Shown here: positions 58,132-64,000 of the stretch, one piece after another
How positions within the stretch are numbered: position 1 is the first letter of the stretch
Layout of the letters: the number at the start of each line of letters is the position of its first letter
NCBI GenBank assembly: GCA_963725105.1
Contig: CAVRXZ010000023.1
Location: forward strand, 63,669 to 127,668
Direction: 5' to 3'
From: an uncultured Acidobacteriota bacterium
Lineage (GTDB): Bacteria; Acidobacteriota; Vicinamibacteria; Vicinamibacterales; CAVVIG01
Length of the DNA: 64,000 nucleotides
Notes under the pieces: model-generated
The model's input: the letters and a program-made list of their open reading frames with translations, nothing else
Database searches by the model: none
Told to the model about the DNA's origin: nothing
Position numbers and translations under genes: made by a program

Positions 58132-59007
58132 GTGACCTTTCAAGATCTGATTCTCAAGCTGTCGGAGTTCTGGGCGTCGCGCGGGTGCGTCCTCCAGCAG
58201 CCGCTCGACGTCGAAGTTGGTGCCGGCACCATGCACCCCGAGACCTTTCTTCGTGTGCTCGGCCCGGCTCACTGGAGTGTGGCCTATGTCCAGCCATCGA
58301 GGCGGCCGGCCGACAGCCGCTTCGGGGAGAATCCGAACCGCTTGTTCAAGCACCATCAGTTTCAGGTTGTGCTGAAGCCTGCTCCGGATGAAGTGCAGCA
58401 GTTCTATCTGGAGAGCCTCGAAGCCTGCGGAATCAATCCGCGGCAGCACGATATCCGGTTCGAGGAGGACAACTGGGAGTCGCCCACACTGGGCGCGTGG
58501 GGCATCGGCTGGCAGGTCATGTTCGACGGCCTCGAGATTTCCCAGTTCACCTATTTCCAGCAGGCAGGTGGCCTCGAGTTGTCGCCGATCTCCGCCGAGC
58601 TGACCTACGGTCTGGAACGCATCGCCATGGCGCTTCAGCGCGTGGACAGCACGTACGACCTCGAGTGGGGCGGCGGCATTCGGTATCGCGACGTCCGCTT
58701 CCGGGAGGAAGTCGAGCAATCGAAATACGTTTTCGGACAGGTCGACATGGCGGCCGGCGAGTTTGCGGCCCTGCACCGAGAGGGCTTTGAGCGGCACTAC
58801 CGGCTCGCCGAGGCCCTTCTTGCTTCGGGACTCATCTGGCCTGCTCTGGAACAGTGCTTGAAGTGCTCGCACTTGTTCAACATTCTGGACGCGAGCAACA
58901 GCATCGGTGTCACCGAGCGGACTGCCTACATCCTCCGAGTTCGTCAGCTGGCTGTTGGCATTGCCAGGAGCTACGTGCAGGAAGCCGAACCGAAGGTGCT
59001 GGCGTGA
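58132..59007 (+). CDS. glyQ: Glycine--tRNA ligase alpha subunit
   Basis: [40 protein letters not shown]. Confidence 0.97.
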   Translation: MTFQDLILKLSEFWASRGCVLQQPLDVEVGAGTMHPETFLRVLGPAHWSVAYVQPSRRPADSRFGENPNRLFKHHQFQVVLKPAPDEVQQFYLESLEACGINPRQHDIRFEEDNWESPTLGAWGIGWQVMFDGLEISQFTYFQQAGGLELSPISAELTYGLERIAMALQRVDSTYDLEWGGGIRYRDVRFREEVEQSKYVFGQVDMAAGEFAALHREGFERHYRLAEALLASGLIWPALEQCLKCSHLFNILDASNSIGVTERTAYILRVRQLAVGIARSYVQEAEPKVLA

Positions 59008-61226
59008 TTGCGGACCGCGAGCTTCTTCTCGAAATTGGTTGCGAGGAGTTGCCGGCCGGCTGGCTCCCCGGGCTGACCCAGCAGATCGGCGAGGTCTATG
59101 CGCGGCAACTGCAGGAGCATCGGATCCCGCCAGAAGAACCGGCCGAAACCTTCAGTACTCCCCGTCGTCTTACGGTCCGGGTCGCGCGCGTCCCCGAAAG
59201 GCAGACCGATCTCGAGGAGCTCGTCACCGGTCCACCGGTATCGGCAGGCTTCAGGGCGGACGGTACACCGACTCCGGCAGCGGCTGGATTTGCGGCAAAG
59301 CAGGGCGTGAATGTCGACGCGCTTGAGCGCGTCTCGACACCAAAGGGCGAATACCTCGCCTATCGGAAGCGCCAACGCGGCAAGACCACGGTCGATGTAC
59401 TGCCGGACGTGCTGGCGGCCACTCTCCGCGGCTTGAGCTTTCCCAAAGCCATGCGCTGGGACGCGGCGCTCGGCGACAACGGCGGGGAGCTCGTGTTCGG
59501 CAGGCCGATTCGCTGGATTCTGTACCTATACGGTGGGCGCGTCGTCCCATTTACGATAAGCCGGACGGCGGCCGCACAAAGCGGCCAGGTACAAGATGTC
59601 GTGTCGGGCGCAGTGACGTACGGCCATCGCTTTCTGACGACGAGCGGCCGGGCAGGGCGGGCGATCAAAGTTCGCAGCTTCGACGAATACCGGTCGCGGC
59701 TGCTGGAGCACTTTGTCATCCTCGAACGTGGCGAGCGCCATGACAAGATCGCGCGCGAGCTCGACGCCAAGGCGGTTCGCCTCAAGAGCCGGGTCAGTCA
59801 CATCGTCCACAGCGAATCCAGCCTGTTGGGCGAAGTGCCGGATCTCGTCGAATACCCGTCGGTGATTGCCGGAACATTTGCGTCGGAGTTCACCGAGGCG
59901 CTGCCGGAGGAAGTCCTTACCACTACCCTGATTCATCATCAGCACTACTTCCCGGTCGAAGGGGAGGATGGACGGTTGAGGCCGGCGTTTCTGGCCGTCC
60001 TCAACACCGAGCCGGACGACGAACGGACGATTGCCCGCAATGCGGAGCGCGTGGTGACAGCCAGGCTGCGTGACGCGAAGTTCTTCTGGGATGCCGACCG
60101 CCGCACCACCCTCGAGTCCCGATTCGACCGCCTGGCGACTTTGGAGTTTCACAAGAAGCTCGGATCGTACAAACAGAAGGCGGAACGGATCGAACGCCTC
60201 GCTGAATGGATCGCGCGCCAGGTGTTCGGAGCTGAGGACGAGGCGGCACGGCTTGCAGGGCAGGCGGCCAGGCTCGCCAAGGCGGACCTGACCACCGATA
60301 TGGTTCGCGAGTTCACCGAACTGCAAGGCACGATGGGCGGAATCTACGCTCGCGGAGAAGGCCTGCCGGAACAGGTATGGAAAGCCATTTACTTTCACTA
60401 CCTGCCGATCAGCGTGGATGCGTCGGCGAAGCCAACCGCCGCGGATCTGGGTCGCGCCGGCGAGTCCTGGGCAGCTGTGTCGCTGGCCGACAAGCTCGAT
60501 ACGGTGGTCGGCCTGTTTGCGGCGGGGGAGCGGCCGACAGGTTCACGTGATCCGTTTGGTTTGCGCCGCTCCGCGCAGGGTGTGGTCAAGATTCTGATCG
60601 ACATTCCGACGCCATCGTCTGTCAATCCGGCGGCCGGTTTGACGGCCATGATCGAGCAGGCACGGCGAGAGTACGGGGATCGATTGATCGAGTCGGCGTC
60701 GTGGAACACCGTGCTTTCGGAATTCATGGCGGAACGCGAGTCCCACGTTTTCGAGCGGCGCGGCTTTCAGGTCGACGAGGTTCGCGCGGTGGTTCCGCAG
60801 TGGTGGTCATCACCAGGGGGTGCCTTTCGGCGCCTCGAGGCGCTCGCGCAGGCGCGGAAATCCGCTGAATTCGAGGCGCTTGCTGCGCTCTTCAAGCGTG
60901 TAAAGAACATTACTCGGGACTTTGACGGAACGCTGGACGCCGAGGCGCGTTCAAAGCTCGTGCTGCCGGCTGAGAAGGCATTGCTGCAGGAACTCGATGC
61001 CCGCTGGCCGGCTATCCGTGGCGCGGTCGCGGAGGAGCGTTTCGAAAAGGCCGTGCACGAGCTTGGCGCTTTCAGTGGTCCTGTCGATCGCTTCTTTGTG
61101 GACGTTCTGGTGATGTCGGAGGATCAGGCGTTGCGGAAGGCTCGTCTTGCCCTTCTGACGGCACTCCGCTCGACGATTTTGACGATTGCGGATATTTCAG
61201 AGATCGCACCAACTACGGAGTCCTAG
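59004..61226 (+). CDS. glyS: Glycine--tRNA ligase beta subunit
   Basis: [50 protein letters not shown] overlap. Confidence 0.96.
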   Translation: MIADRELLLEIGCEELPAGWLPGLTQQIGEVYARQLQEHRIPPEEPAETFSTPRRLTVRVARVPERQTDLEELVTGPPVSAGFRADGTPTPAAAGFAAKQGVNVDALERVSTPKGEYLAYRKRQRGKTTVDVLPDVLAATLRGLSFPKAMRWDAALGDNGGELVFGRPIRWILYLYGGRVVPFTISRTAAAQSGQVQDVVSGAVTYGHRFLTTSGRAGRAIKVRSFDEYRSRLLEHFVILERGERHDKIARELDAKAVRLKSRVSHIVHSESSLLGEVPDLVEYPSVIAGTFASEFTEALPEEVLTTTLIHHQHYFPVEGEDGRLRPAFLAVLNTEPDDERTIARNAERVVTARLRDAKFFWDADRRTTLESRFDRLATLEFHKKLGSYKQKAERIERLAEWIARQVFGAEDEAARLAGQAARLAKADLTTDMVREFTELQGTMGGIYARGEGLPEQVWKAIYFHYLPISVDASAKPTAADLGRAGESWAAVSLADKLDTVVGLFAAGERPTGSRDPFGLRRSAQGVVKILIDIPTPSSVNPAAGLTAMIEQARREYGDRLIESASWNTVLSEFMAERESHVFERRGFQVDEVRAVVPQWWSSPGGAFRRLEALAQARKSAEFEALAALFKRVKNITRDFDGTLDAEARSKLVLPAEKALLQELDARWPAIRGAVAEERFEKAVHELGAFSGPVDRFFVDVLVMSEDQALRKARLALLTALRSTILTIADISEIAPTTES

Positions 61227-61231
61227 CATCC

Positions 61232-63979
<2,748 letters not shown>

Positions 63980-64000
63980 AGGCTGATGTCGTCAGAACCC

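Overview
GC-rich core-genome segment. Gene content and protein style suggest Acidobacteriota (Vicinamibacteria-like); this is inference. In order: pilMNOPQ plus two lipoproteins and a TPR gene; M24 peptidase, accBC, thiE, amino-acid permease, K+ channel, folD, coaE; a minus-strand kdsB-pyrG-kdsA-kdsD-kdsC-lapB block; serA; a TCA cluster (mdh, sdhCAB, sucCD, 2-oxoacid:ferredoxin oxidoreductase); ndk, dcd; an attenuator-controlled pheA-ilvD-ilvB-ilvN-ilvC operon; a HEAT/Rieske/split cytochrome b/octaheme cytochrome c complex; hisS, aspS, phoH-ybeY-hlyC-era-recO-glyQS-ppdK. Many essential genes carry single-base frameshifts, most likely long-read indel errors. The most unusual signal is non-coding. 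(1) A four-helix-bundle (23S-IVS/Avd-like) gene lies between mutually inverted arrays of degenerate 8-mers, behind a sigma54-like promoter. About a dozen gene-less 7/8/9-mer arrays, several forming inverted pairs, sit at gene junctions across the window. (2) A three-copy structured element with covarying stems (GAG/CGAA internal loop plus a GTGGGG-loop hairpin) lies directly before start codons. No rRNA, tRNA, CRISPR array or transposase was recognised.
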